DNA from: Atribacterota bacterium
Lineage (GTDB): Bacteria > Atribacterota > Phoenicimicrobiia > Phoenicimicrobiales > Stramentimicrobiaceae
DNA: 64,000 nt
Assembly: GCA_040767965.1 (NCBI GenBank)
Contig: JAXGNR010000004.1
Location: 288,001-352,000, forward strand
Reading direction: 5' to 3'
Position numbers and translations under genes: made by a program. The stretch's first letter is position 1. The number at the start of each line of letters is the position of its first letter. This document shows positions 31,336-41,026 of this stretch, in pieces. The notes below the pieces were generated by a model that saw nothing but the letters and a program-made list of their open reading frames with translations, did not search any database and had not been told where the DNA came from.

Positions 31336-32607
31336 ATGGGTATAAATCTAAATAAGAAAAATAATTATTTTTTGATGAAAAAAACAATATTCAAAACATT
31401 ATTAATTATGTTGTTTTTAGTTTTTACATATCAAACTTTTCCTATTCAGTCACAAAGCCAGATGTCAATAGTAAAATTAGGCAATGAAGTGTTATTAGAT
31501 AATTACATTCATCTTATTGATGGTAAGAATGTTGGTTTAATTACCAATCAAACAGGAGTTGACAGTAAGGGGGTAAGCTTAATTGAGAATCTCCTTGTCA
31601 ATAAACATGCTAAACTTATTGCTCTTTATGCTCCCGAACATGGTCTTGATGGTACAGCGAAAGCGGGAGAATGGGTAAATTCTTATATTCATCCCGAATA
31701 TGATATACCGGTTTATAGTCTTTACGGCAGTACCAGAATGCCTACACAGGAAATGTTATTAAAGGTAGAAGTGCTTTTATTTGATATTCAGGATATTGGT
31801 GCTCGCAGTTATACTTATATGTCAACTTTAAATTACTGCATGATAGCAGCAGAAAAATACAACAAAAAAATAATTGTTTTAGATCGTCCAAACCCATTAG
31901 GGGGCTTAATTGTAGAGGGTCCTGTCATGGAAAATGAGTACAAATCATTTGTTGGGGTAGACAATCTTCCTATGGCTCATGGTATGACAGTAGGAGAACT
32001 GGCTTTATTTTATAATAGGAATATTGGAGCTGACTTGGTTGTAATAACCATGGAAGGATATCATAGAGGAATGTCTTATTTGGATACGGGACTTCCTTTT
32101 GTCCAAACCTCTCCTAATATTCCTGATTTAACTTCTTTATATGGATATATGGCAACAGGATTAGGAGAAGGAACTGGTGTTTTCCAAAGAGATAAATTTC
32201 AATGGATTGGCGGGAAAGGCCTTGATTCAATTCAATTTGCCTCACTGCTTAATAATGCCGGGTTAAAAGGAGTATCTTATATTCCTGAAGATAAAGATAC
32301 AGCAGGCGGAGTGCGCTTAGAAATATATGATCCAACATCTTTTAATCCAGCCAGAAGCGGGATTTATGCTTTATCATACGCTTTTATGCTGGGAGATTTT
32401 AATGTACCCAAAAGTACTGCTGATAATATTGTTATGTTCGATAAAATAATGGGCAATTCCAAAATAGGCCGTTATCTCGAAAAAAAAGCCAGCCCACTGG
32501 AAATTGAATCTTCCTATTATGATGAATTACAAGAGTTTAAAGAAAAGCGCAAGGAATATCTTATTTCTCTTTATGATCCTCCTATTCATCCTATTCATAC
32601 TGATTAG
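31336..32607 (+). CDS. namZ: Exo-beta-N-acetylmuramidase NamZ (DUF1343)
   Basis: Motifs GLITNQTG, APEHG, SLYG, FDIQDIGAR.YTY, LDRPNPLGG, HGMTVGELA and SPNIP. Start may be the ATG at 31375. Confidence 0.9.
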   Translation: MGINLNKKNNYFLMKKTIFKTLLIMLFLVFTYQTFPIQSQSQMSIVKLGNEVLLDNYIHLIDGKNVGLITNQTGVDSKGVSLIENLLVNKHAKLIALYAPEHGLDGTAKAGEWVNSYIHPEYDIPVYSLYGSTRMPTQEMLLKVEVLLFDIQDIGARSYTYMSTLNYCMIAAEKYNKKIIVLDRPNPLGGLIVEGPVMENEYKSFVGVDNLPMAHGMTVGELALFYNRNIGADLVVITMEGYHRGMSYLDTGLPFVQTSPNIPDLTSLYGYMATGLGEGTGVFQRDKFQWIGGKGLDSIQFASLLNNAGLKGVSYIPEDKDTAGGVRLEIYDPTSFNPARSGIYALSYAFMLGDFNVPKSTADNIVMFDKIMGNSKIGRYLEKKASPLEIESSYYDELQEFKEKRKEYLISLYDPPIHPIHTD

Positions 32608-32628
32608 CTAGATAAATTATTATTAACC

Positions 32629-33474
32629 TTATCTTTTATCAATATGTATTTTTGTTAATTCGGAAGAGAGGTAATTAAACGCATCGTCAACACTGTCACA
32701 AAATTTTAACAGATTCAAGTCAGCAGGGCTGATGGTTCCATAATCAATCATTGCCTGCAGATTAATTACCTTTTTCCAGTACTCAGACCCATAAATCACA
32801 ATGGGCAAGGGTTTTGTCAGTTTTCTTGTCTGTAACAAAGTTAAAACTTCAAAAAGTTCATCAAGAGTACCAAAGCCACCTGGGAAAATAACCAGTGCTT
32901 TTGCTAAAAAAACAAACCAGAATTTACGCATGAAAAAATAATGAAATTCAAAATTCAATTCAGGAGAGATATATTGATTAGGGCATTGCTCCATGGGAAT
33001 GCTTATATTTAAACCAATTGATTTACCATCAGCTTCTTTAGCGCCTTTATTGGCTGCTTCCATCATACCAAAACCACCACCAGAACAAATTATGAAACGA
33101 GAATTATCATTTAATGATTTTGACCAGGTAGTTAATTTTTTCGATAATTCCACCGCATCATTATAATAGTTAGAAAGAAATAGTTGATTCTTTGCATATT
33201 TTAGTTCTCTCTGCAGTTCTTCATTTTTTTTGTTTTCAGACAATCTAATTCTATTTTCAATTTTTTCAAGATATTCCCGAGCATCTGATGGAGATTTAGT
33301 ACGTGCAGAACCAAAAAATACAATTGTGTCGTTTATTTTTTGATTACGAAAACGTTGCATAGGCTCCAATAATTCTGCCAAAATACGAATAATTCTGGCA
33401 TCACCGCTGTTAATAAAACCCAGGTTCTTATATGCTTTTTCAGCTTTAGTTAATTTTTTTTCCATTTTTACCAC
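32629..33474 (-). CDS. LOG-family nucleotide phosphoribohydrolase
   Basis: Motifs FFGSAR, GGG.GMMEAANKGA, FHYFFMRK and FPGGFGTLDELFE. Confidence 0.92.
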   Translation of the reverse strand: MVKMEKKLTKAEKAYKNLGFINSGDARIIRILAELLEPMQRFRNQKINDTIVFFGSARTKSPSDAREYLEKIENRIRLSENKKNEELQRELKYAKNQLFLSNYYNDAVELSKKLTTWSKSLNDNSRFIICSGGGFGMMEAANKGAKEADGKSIGLNISIPMEQCPNQYISPELNFEFHYFFMRKFWFVFLAKALVIFPGGFGTLDELFEVLTLLQTRKLTKPLPIVIYGSEYWKKVINLQAMIDYGTISPADLNLLKFCDSVDDAFNYLSSELTKIHIDKR

Positions 33475-33637
33475 TTCACTTCCTTTAAGTTTGTATTTAT
33501 TATAACTTAAAAATATTGTCTAACAAAATTATTAATCTTTTTATTATAACTTATTTATTAAAATATTTATTTACATATTTACATACATATTCATATTAAA
33601 TACAAAAAATATTTAAATAAAATTTCTAAGATTAAAC

Positions 33638-33666
33638 TTGCATAATTAAGGTTAACATATTATAAT
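33638..33666 (+). promoter_or_regulatory. Sigma70-type promoter of the tup leader
   Basis: TTGCAT-17 nt-TATAAT directly upstream of the riboswitch. Confidence 0.65.
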
Positions 33667-33694
33667 CAATACCAAACTAAATTATTTTTGTAAT

Positions 33695-33797
33695 TATAAC
33701 TCCGAGCTATGTTACCTAAAAAATAATTTTTCATGGTGCATAGACGAAAGGGAATAAAAGGAAACTTTTATTCCTCCCGTGTTTGGAAAGGAGGCAT
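33695..33797 (+). ncRNA. Moco/Tuco-class riboswitch aptamer
   Basis: CTCCGAG...CCTAA...ATGGT...GGG-stem-GAAA-stem-CCTCCCGT..TTGGAAAGGAG matches the Moco RNA motif as I recall it; it lies in the 5' UTR of a tungstate ABC transporter. Confidence 0.88.
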
Positions 33798-33816
33798 GAT
33801 AATATAATTATATTTG

Positions 33817-33850
33817 CCAACACCAAACATAGTGTTGGTTTTTTTATTTT
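33817..33850 (+). terminator. Attenuator terminator of the riboswitch
   Basis: CCAACAC-loop-GTGTTGG followed by a T run, between the aptamer and the tupA start. Confidence 0.8.
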
Positions 33851-33915
33851 CTGATCTTTTCATAACAAATGTGTTTTTATATTAAACAAAAAAAGAAAGG
33901 GAAAAAGTTATACAT

Positions 33916-34737
33916 ATGAAAAATAATATAATTATAAGATCAATTCTGATAATATTAGCATTAATTACATGTGTTACTCCTATTTATGCAGAGGATGTTA
34001 CTATAAAATTAGCAACAACAACCAGTACTGAAAATTCCGGATTACTAGATATTTTACTACCACCTTTTCAAGAAAAATATAATATTAAAGTTGACGTTGT
34101 TTCAGTGGGGACTGGAGCTGCTATACAATTAGGCGAAAATGGGGATGTTGATGTAGTTCTGGTTCATGCTAGAGAAGCTGAAGATAAAATGGTAGCTGAC
34201 GGATATGGAATAAATAGAAGAGATGTTATGTATAATGATTTTATAATAGTTGGACCTGCAGATGATCCAGCAGGCATTGGCATTGAAATTGATGCAGCTT
34301 CAGCTTTATCCAAGATTGCCTCTTCTGAAAAGTTAGTTCATTTTGTATCTCGTGGTGATAATTCTGGAACCCATATGAAAGAATTAGAATTATGGAAAAG
34401 TGCCGGTATCGAACCTCAGGGAAACTGGTATCTGGAAATCGGACAGGGAATGGAAGCAGCCTTACTGGTAGCTAATGAAAATATGGGATATGTACTGGCT
34501 GATAGAGGAACTTATCTGGCAACTAAAGATAAACTGGATTTGGTAATACTATCAGAAGGTGATGCACGACTCTTCAATCCGTATGGTATTATTGCAGTTA
34601 ATCCTGCAGTACACCCTCATGTTAAGTATATGGAAGCTATGCAATTGATTGCCTGGATTACTTCAATAGAGGGTCAAAAAATTATTGGTGAATTCAAGGT
34701 TCAAGGCGAGGTTTTGTTTTTTCCAAATGCTATCTAA
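33916..34737 (+). CDS. tupA: Tungstate ABC transporter substrate-binding protein
   Basis: TupA signature ATTTS.ENSGLL, GTGAA, VLVHA, MYNDF.IVGP, FVSRGD.SGTH and LFNPY; signal peptide. Confidence 0.95.
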   Translation: MKNNIIIRSILIILALITCVTPIYAEDVTIKLATTTSTENSGLLDILLPPFQEKYNIKVDVVSVGTGAAIQLGENGDVDVVLVHAREAEDKMVADGYGINRRDVMYNDFIIVGPADDPAGIGIEIDAASALSKIASSEKLVHFVSRGDNSGTHMKELELWKSAGIEPQGNWYLEIGQGMEAALLVANENMGYVLADRGTYLATKDKLDLVILSEGDARLFNPYGIIAVNPAVHPHVKYMEAMQLIAWITSIEGQKIIGEFKVQGEVLFFPNAI

Positions 34738-34778
34738 CAAATGATATGCTCTCACTGTTATTTAAATTAAAACTAGGG

Positions 34779-34824
34779 TAAAATGTTTTAGGGCGAGTAG
34801 AAATACTTGCCCTAAAACATTTTA
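34779..34824 (+). other. Intra-operon stem-loop after tupA
   Basis: 21-bp stem (one G-U pair) with a GAAA tetraloop between tupA and tupB. Confidence 0.75.
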
Positions 34825-34857
34825 ATTAAAGATAAATATTCTGGTTGAGGTGTTAAG

Positions 34858-35550
34858 TTGAGATTTATATTAGATGGCCTGCAGAAAGCTGTTATCTTAA
34901 TTTTTTCATTCGATAAAGAAATATATCAAATTGTTTTATTCTCTTTAAGAGTATCTTCATTTGCAATTGTCTTAGCTTCATTTTTTGGAGTTCCTATAGG
35001 TTTTTTAATGGCAATAAAAGATTTTAAGGGTAAAAATATTAGTTTAATATTATTAAACAATGCTCTGGCGATTCCTACCGTGGTGATTGGCTTGCTTATT
35101 TATTCTTTTATTTCTAGAGTAGGCCCATTAGGCTACTTTGGTTTAATATACACTCCTACTGCTGTGATAATCGGACAATTTGTTCTTTCTTTGCCCATTG
35201 TTATTGCCCTTACCAATTCAGCAATACAGGGAATAGATATCAAGGTCCGTAATACTGCTTTAACTCTGGGTGCTACAGAATTGCAGGCTGCCTGGACAGT
35301 TATCAAAGAGGCTCGATATGCAGTTATGTCAGCAGTAATTGTAGGGTTTGGTCGAAATATTGCAGAAGTTGGTGCTGCAATGATGTTAGGAGGAAATATA
35401 AAAGGTTCTACTCGAACAATGACCACTGCAATCTCATTAGAAACCTCTAAAGGAGAATTTGGTTTCGGTATCGCACTGGGAATCATTTTATTATTTATTT
35501 CTCTAAGTATAAATATATTTTTAAGTTATTTACAAAATAAAAAACTATAG
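34858..35550 (+). CDS. tupB: Tungstate ABC transporter permease
   Basis: Motifs PTVVIGL, SR.GPLG, GFGR.IAEVGAAMMLGGNI and TRTMTTAI.LETSKG. Confidence 0.93.
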   Translation: MRFILDGLQKAVILIFSFDKEIYQIVLFSLRVSSFAIVLASFFGVPIGFLMAIKDFKGKNISLILLNNALAIPTVVIGLLIYSFISRVGPLGYFGLIYTPTAVIIGQFVLSLPIVIALTNSAIQGIDIKVRNTALTLGATELQAAWTVIKEARYAVMSAVIVGFGRNIAEVGAAMMLGGNIKGSTRTMTTAISLETSKGEFGFGIALGIILLFISLSINIFLSYLQNKKL

Positions 35551-35565
35551 TAAAAGGTAACAGAA

Positions 35566-36585
35566 ATGCCTGCAGAAAAATTATTAAAAGTAAAAAATTT
35601 ACAAAAAATATATCAAGAAAGAATTGTATTGGATATTGATGATCTTTATTTTGAAAAAAGCAAAATATATGCAATAGTTGGCCCTAATGGCTCAGGCAAA
35701 ACTACCTTGATTAATATTTTAAATCTTTTAGATAAGCCCACATCGGCTCAACTATTTTTTAAAGGAAAAGATGTTTTTAAATCTTCCTCTTCTGAGATTC
35801 TTAAAATTAGAAGGCAAATGACTCTAGTGCATCAAAGACCTTTTTTGTTTCAGACTACTGTCTTTAATAATGTTGCTTATGGTTTGAAAATTCGCGGTTA
35901 TTCTGTTGAAGAACAACAAAGAAAGGTCAGGGAAGCTTTAAAGATAGTCGGATTGCTTGAATTTGAAAACAGAGATGCCCAAAAACTTTCTGGAGGAGAA
36001 GCTCAAAGAATAGTAATTGCCAGATCTCTGGCCGTAAACCCGGATATTCTTTTTATGGATGAGCCTACTTCTAATATTGATCAGCGTTATATAGATGTAA
36101 TTGAAAGGATAATAAGGAAGATAAACCAAGAAATAAAAACAACAGTTATTTTTACTACTCATGATCTTTCTCAGGCTTATCGTTTGGCCGATAAAATAAT
36201 ATCTTTACTAGATGGAAAAATTGTAAGCCATGTTCCTGAAAATATTTTTAAAGGGACCATTATCCATGAGAATAACCAGCAATGGTTGAGTGTACATGAA
36301 AAAATAAAATTTTCAATAGTTACCCATAAGTATGGTACTGCATACATTTATATTGATCCCAGCGATATAATCTTATCATGTGAACAATTTTCTTCCAGTG
36401 CCAGAAATTCCTTTCAAGGGAAAATTGTCTCTATCTCTGAACAAAATAATTTAATAAGACTAGCAGTTGATATTGGGGTACACTTGGTAAGTGTTATTAC
36501 AAAAGAATCATTTAAAGAAATGAATTTGAATATCGGTAGAAAAGTTTGTTTGACTTTTAAAGCCTCTGCGGTAAAATGCTATTAA
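35566..36585 (+). CDS. tupC: Tungstate ABC transporter ATPase with TOBE domain
   Basis: Walker A GPNGSGKT, LSGGE, DEPT; C-terminal TOBE/Mop motif SSARNSFQGKI...SVIT...FKAS. Confidence 0.92.
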   Translation: MPAEKLLKVKNLQKIYQERIVLDIDDLYFEKSKIYAIVGPNGSGKTTLINILNLLDKPTSAQLFFKGKDVFKSSSSEILKIRRQMTLVHQRPFLFQTTVFNNVAYGLKIRGYSVEEQQRKVREALKIVGLLEFENRDAQKLSGGEAQRIVIARSLAVNPDILFMDEPTSNIDQRYIDVIERIIRKINQEIKTTVIFTTHDLSQAYRLADKIISLLDGKIVSHVPENIFKGTIIHENNQQWLSVHEKIKFSIVTHKYGTAYIYIDPSDIILSCEQFSSSARNSFQGKIVSISEQNNLIRLAVDIGVHLVSVITKESFKEMNLNIGRKVCLTFKASAVKCY

Positions 36586-36645
36586 CTGGAAAAATATTTT
36601 TCCTGTAATATTATGGATAAAGATAAAAAATAAAAGGAGCAAGAA

Positions 36646-36933
36646 ATGATTAGAATTGTATCAAAATCCAACATTAAAGAAGGTAAAAAAGAAGAATTTA
36701 AAAATCTGGCTGCTGAGCTGATAAAAGGAAGCCAACAAGAACCAGGATGTGTATCTTATGATTTATATGAAGACATAAATAATGTCAACACAGTAGCATT
36801 TATTGAAGAATGGAAAGACTTGGCAGCAATCGAAGGCCACAGAAAATCTCCACATTTTACAAAAATAGTACCTCAATTAGCAGAACTTCGAGAAGGAAAA
36901 CCTGAATTAAATTTATATAAGCCAGTTTTTTAG
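36646..36933 (+). CDS. ABM-domain protein (putative quinol monooxygenase)
   Basis: Motifs EPGCVSYDL, FIEEWKD and H..SPHF. Confidence 0.88.
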   Translation: MIRIVSKSNIKEGKKEEFKNLAAELIKGSQQEPGCVSYDLYEDINNVNTVAFIEEWKDLAAIEGHRKSPHFTKIVPQLAELREGKPELNLYKPVF

Positions 36934-37079
36934 ATATTTATTTATATTTAAGCTAAATAATAAAATATAATTATCTTTGCATATTTCAAAGATATTATAA
37001 GACTTTTACTTGTTTTATTAAAATTAAAATATTTAGTAATTCCAGTATATTTTATATTTTCTCAAATACAGGGGGTTTC

Positions 37080-37847
37080 ATGTTATTTGATCTTTTTTCT
37101 TTAAAAGGGAAAAACGCTTTAATAACAGGCTCCAGTCGGGGTTTAGGTTTTAATATTGCCAGAGGATTGGCTATGGCTGGAGCTAAAATCATTCTTAATG
37201 GTAGAAACCAGGAAAACCTGGATAGAACAGTTAGTGAATTGAAAAATGAAGGTTTTGAAGTATTTGGTTCTGTTTTTGATGTTACCGAAAAGAAACAAAT
37301 CAATATACAAATAGCAAGCATTGAGCAAAAAATAGGACCCATTGATATTCTTTTTAACAATGCAGGTATACAAAGAAGAAAGTCCTTGCAGGAACTTGAC
37401 GAAAAAGACTGGCAGGCAGTAATAGATACTAATTTAACAGGTGCTTTTTTGACAAGTCAGCAAGTGGTTGCCAGTATGATCAGAAGAAAAAAAGGTAAAA
37501 TAATTAACACTTGTTCGCTTATGAGCGAACTGGGGAGAGAATCTGTAGGAGCTTATAGTGCTTCTAAAGGTGGTTTAAAAATGCTCACCAAAAATATGGC
37601 TACCGAATGGGCAAAATACAATATTCAAGTAAATGGTATTGGACCAGGATATTTTGCAACTGAGATGACCCGCCCATTAAGAGAAGATCAGGAATTTGAT
37701 CACTGGTTAAAGAAAAGGACTCCTGCAAACCGTTGGGGAAATCCTGAAGAATTAATCGGGACCGCTGTTTTTTTAGCCTCTTCAGCATCTGATTTTGTTA
37801 ATGGACAAATAATTTATGTGGATGGAGGTGTTTTGGCTGCGATATAA
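37080..37847 (+). CDS. idnO: Gluconate 5-dehydrogenase-like SDR
   Basis: Motifs TGSSRGLG, NNAGIQRR, SLMSELGR, YSASKGG, IGPGYFATE, RTPANRWG and YVDGG. Confidence 0.85.
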   Translation: MLFDLFSLKGKNALITGSSRGLGFNIARGLAMAGAKIILNGRNQENLDRTVSELKNEGFEVFGSVFDVTEKKQINIQIASIEQKIGPIDILFNNAGIQRRKSLQELDEKDWQAVIDTNLTGAFLTSQQVVASMIRRKKGKIINTCSLMSELGRESVGAYSASKGGLKMLTKNMATEWAKYNIQVNGIGPGYFATEMTRPLREDQEFDHWLKKRTPANRWGNPEELIGTAVFLASSASDFVNGQIIYVDGGVLAAI

Positions 37848-38748
37848 AAAACATATTGAATGGCTAATAATTAGCTTCCTTTTTTTAGGGATGAGTTACT
37901 TTTTTAATCCCTATATTATTTTTAATTCATGGTCAGATGGGTTATTTTTAAATGCTGAAATATTTCTGAAAATTATCCTCACGGGTTTAATTTGTGTTAT
38001 TTTCAGTAATTTTTTTCTATCGGCAATTGTCTTTCGAAGCGTGAAAAGTATAGCTGATGAAAAAATAGAAAAACTTCTTCATCAAACAGCAGAAAGATTA
38101 AATTATAATAAAAAGATACCTAAAGTATTAAAAATAAACACCAGTCAATTAAATGCCATATCATTTAATATAATTAATAATCACTGTCTTGGATTGACTA
38201 CCGGTCTTGTTGATGCATATCAAAATGAACAACTTGATGATAAGGATATGGAATATATATTACTATATCTATTATCATTTCATCTCTATAAAAATACTTA
38301 TAAAAGGTATCTTCTCTCTGGTATTACAAATTTATACTCAGCTATTGGTTATATTTTTATTTATTTTGGTCGTGGATTTATGCGGTTAGCAGATTTTACA
38401 AAACAGATAATTTCTAAATGCGTTGCCTGTGTATTGGGCAGTATTTTCTTATTGATTGGCAATATATTAAAAATACCAGAAAAGATTGGTTTTTTATTTG
38501 CCAGGCAGCTAATTAAAAAATTTCAAAAAAATGCAGATCATCTTGCTATGAAATATATTGACCAGGATTTCATGCAAGAGACATTACAAAAAATAGATGA
38601 GAAAAATAAATATATTGCCCAAGATAAAAAAGTAGCTATTTTACCTTATCCGGAATATTGGTTTGTCCAACCACTCCAATTGGCAACTGTAGACAAATTG
38701 TTTCTTTTTCCCAATAATCATACGAAAAAAAATCAGGAAAAAAACTAA
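37816..38748 (+). CDS. HtpX/M48-like membrane protein lacking catalytic motifs
   Basis: The layout matches M48 (IPKV..INT..LNAISF...LGLTTGLV...LDD.DMEYIL...NAD), but HExxH is absent. Start uncertain. Confidence 0.65.
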   Translation: MWMEVFWLRYKKHIEWLIISFLFLGMSYFFNPYIIFNSWSDGLFLNAEIFLKIILTGLICVIFSNFFLSAIVFRSVKSIADEKIEKLLHQTAERLNYNKKIPKVLKINTSQLNAISFNIINNHCLGLTTGLVDAYQNEQLDDKDMEYILLYLLSFHLYKNTYKRYLLSGITNLYSAIGYIFIYFGRGFMRLADFTKQIISKCVACVLGSIFLLIGNILKIPEKIGFLFARQLIKKFQKNADHLAMKYIDQDFMQETLQKIDEKNKYIAQDKKVAILPYPEYWFVQPLQLATVDKLFLFPNNHTKKNQEKN

Positions 38749-38765
38749 TATCTAAGGAAATATTT

Positions 38766-39023
38766 ATGACAGAAAAAAAACAGGAAAATAATCAACTAAA
38801 AAAGAAAACGCCTCTATGGTGGCATGGATTTATAGGCTTTATCGGCTTAATGGGAATACAGGGTTTTGTTCATAAAAATCCGTATGAACTATTGTTTTTT
38901 TCTTTTTTTACATTTTTTGCCTATTTTAAATATTTAAAAAAGGAATTGGAATATTTAGGACTTTTGGGTGTTATTGGAACAGGAATAGCAATATTAGGAA
39001 TATTTGGAATACTTCCTCTTTAA
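38766..39023 (+). CDS. Small membrane protein
   Basis: 85 aa, three hydrophobic segments, GFIGFIG motif. Confidence 0.65.
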   Translation: MTEKKQENNQLKKKTPLWWHGFIGFIGLMGIQGFVHKNPYELLFFSFFTFFAYFKYLKKELEYLGLLGVIGTGIAILGIFGILPL

Positions 39024-39073
39024 CTGGGGAAAATTATTAGAGTAAAATTATTTTAAATTTATGAGGAAATTAT

Positions 39074-39763
39074 TTGTATTATAAGAATGTTGTTTCTGGA
39101 ATATTTATTGATAGACCAAATCGTTTTTTGGCACATGTAAAAATAAACAAAAAAATAGAAATTGTGCATGTTAGGAATTCAGGCCGCTGCAAAGAAATAT
39201 TAATACCCGGCACAAAAGTGTATCTTGAAAAAGTTGCCAAAAGCAAGAAAAGAAAAACTCAATATTCTCTAATAAGTGCGTATAAAAATTCCTGTTTAAT
39301 AAATATTGATTCGCAAATACCCAACCTGCTGGTGACTAATGCTATCCAAAATAAAGATATTTTACAGATAAATCCATTATTAAAACTCAAAAGAGAAGTC
39401 AGTTATTGCAGTTCACGCTTCGATATAATGTATGAAAATATATCCCAAAAGGGATTTATTGAAGTAAAAGGAGTTACTCTTGAGAAAGACTGTATAGCTC
39501 AATTTCCGGATGCTCCTACTATTAGAGGAACAAGACATATTCAGGAACTTATCAAGTCTTCCCAGGAAGGTTATAATAGTTATATAGTTTTTGTAATCCA
39601 AATGAAGGGTGTTAAATATTTTTGCCCTAATGATAAAATGGACCCTGAATTTGGAACAGCATTAAGAAGGGCTCATTCTCTTAACGTAAAAATAATGGCT
39701 TTTGATTGTACGGTTGAAAAGGATTCCATAGCGATAGACCAACCAGTTGAAACAATTTTGTAA
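39074..39763 (+). CDS. sfsA: Sugar fermentation stimulation protein A (PD-(D/E)xK nuclease family)
   Basis: Motifs RPNRF, HVRNSGRCKE, SRFD, IEVKGVTL and FPDAPTIRG.RH..EL. Confidence 0.95.
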   Translation: MYYKNVVSGIFIDRPNRFLAHVKINKKIEIVHVRNSGRCKEILIPGTKVYLEKVAKSKKRKTQYSLISAYKNSCLINIDSQIPNLLVTNAIQNKDILQINPLLKLKREVSYCSSRFDIMYENISQKGFIEVKGVTLEKDCIAQFPDAPTIRGTRHIQELIKSSQEGYNSYIVFVIQMKGVKYFCPNDKMDPEFGTALRRAHSLNVKIMAFDCTVEKDSIAIDQPVETIL

Positions 39764-39832
39764 TAATATATTATTATTACTATAATGGGAGATGATCAAG
39801 ATTTTAAAAAAAATGTAGAAAAATAACTAACA

Positions 39833-39861
39833 TTGACAGAACATTTATTTATTTGTATTAT
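39833..39861 (+). promoter_or_regulatory. Sigma70 promoter of the proBA leader
   Basis: TTGACA-17 nt-TATTAT. Confidence 0.75.
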
Positions 39862-39884
39862 GCTTTATAATAATTTTAAAAATA

Positions 39885-40142
39885 GAGACTTAGAAAGAGA
39901 ATAGTAGAAATATTAAAAAGGATCAGAGAGTATAGCCTATAAGCTGAAAGGCTACACACTTATATGAATATTTCAAAACCCACTCTTTTGATTTATTTTT
40001 AACATTTACGGTCTTCTTCCTTTATCAGGGAAGTAGCATGTTAATACTTCAATACAAACTTATTTCATATAAAAATAATAGGGTGGTATAGCGAACAATC
40101 TTTTCGCCTCTATTAAAAGAGGTCGGGGAGATTGTTTTTTTT
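39885..40142 (+). ncRNA. T-box riboswitch, proline specifier (CCC), with terminator
   Basis: Stem I with AGTA, AGAGAG and GCTGAAAG motifs; specifier CCC at 39979-39981; T-box AGGGTGGTATAGCG at 40080-40093; terminator AACAATCTTTTCG.../...CGGGGAGATTGTT plus T run. Upstream of proB. Confidence 0.9.
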
Positions 40143-40210
40143 GAATTGATGAAAAAGTTTATAAAATTCGACTTTGAAAACAATTAGAGAAAAAAAGAAA
40201 GGTAATTCAA

Positions 40211-41026
40211 ATGATTGATTTTAAAGATTGCAAACGGCTCGTATTAAAGATTGGAACCTCAACTATTATGAAAAGTAATAAAAAAATTAATATATCAATT
40301 TTGGAAAAAATTTCTGAAGTAATAGCTGCTTTACATAAAGATGGCAAAGAAATAGTTGTTGTATCTTCCGGGGCTATTGGAGTTGGTTCCAGCCGTATGT
40401 CTTTTACCGAAAAACCTAAAAAATTAGAAGAGAAACAGGCAACCGCTGCAATTGGACAAGGAGTTTTGATGAATATTTATGAGAATCTTTTTGGTAAACA
40501 CAATATTACTGTTGCTCAAATATTGTTAACCAGACAAGCTTGTGAAGATAGTATTCAAAGACTAAATACTACCAATACCTTCAATGCTCTTTTTAGATTT
40601 AAAGCAGTTCCGATTGTTAATGAAAATGATACTATTGCCGTGGAAGAAATTGTTTATGGGGACAATGATACTCTATCTGCAGTAGTAGCAGTATTGATTA
40701 AGGCAGATTTATTGATAATGTTGTCAGATACAGATGGACTTTATTCCGGAGATCCTCGGCAGGATAAAGATGCCCAGAAAATACCTCTTATAGAATGTGT
40801 TGATGAAAGAATTAGTTCTTTTGCTTATGGGACTGGATCTGCTTTTGGGACCGGGGGCATGAAAACAAAAATATCTGCTGCCAAATTAGCAACTAATAAT
40901 GGGATACATGCAGCTATTATTCATGGAGAAAAACCCCATCATATAATAGAGCTCATTCATGGACAAAATAATGGCACAGTATTTTTAAAAGGCAACAATG
41001 AAAAGGAGAATTGTAAAAATGACTGA
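40211..41026 (+). CDS. proB: Glutamate 5-kinase (no PUA domain)
   Basis: Motifs VLKIGTS, VSSGAI, KQATAAIGQ, PIVNEND, GDND.LSA and GTGGMKTK. Confidence 0.96.
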   Translation: MIDFKDCKRLVLKIGTSTIMKSNKKINISILEKISEVIAALHKDGKEIVVVSSGAIGVGSSRMSFTEKPKKLEEKQATAAIGQGVLMNIYENLFGKHNITVAQILLTRQACEDSIQRLNTTNTFNALFRFKAVPIVNENDTIAVEEIVYGDNDTLSAVVAVLIKADLLIMLSDTDGLYSGDPRQDKDAQKIPLIECVDERISSFAYGTGSAFGTGGMKTKISAAKLATNNGIHAAIIHGEKPHHIIELIHGQNNGTVFLKGNNEKENCKND

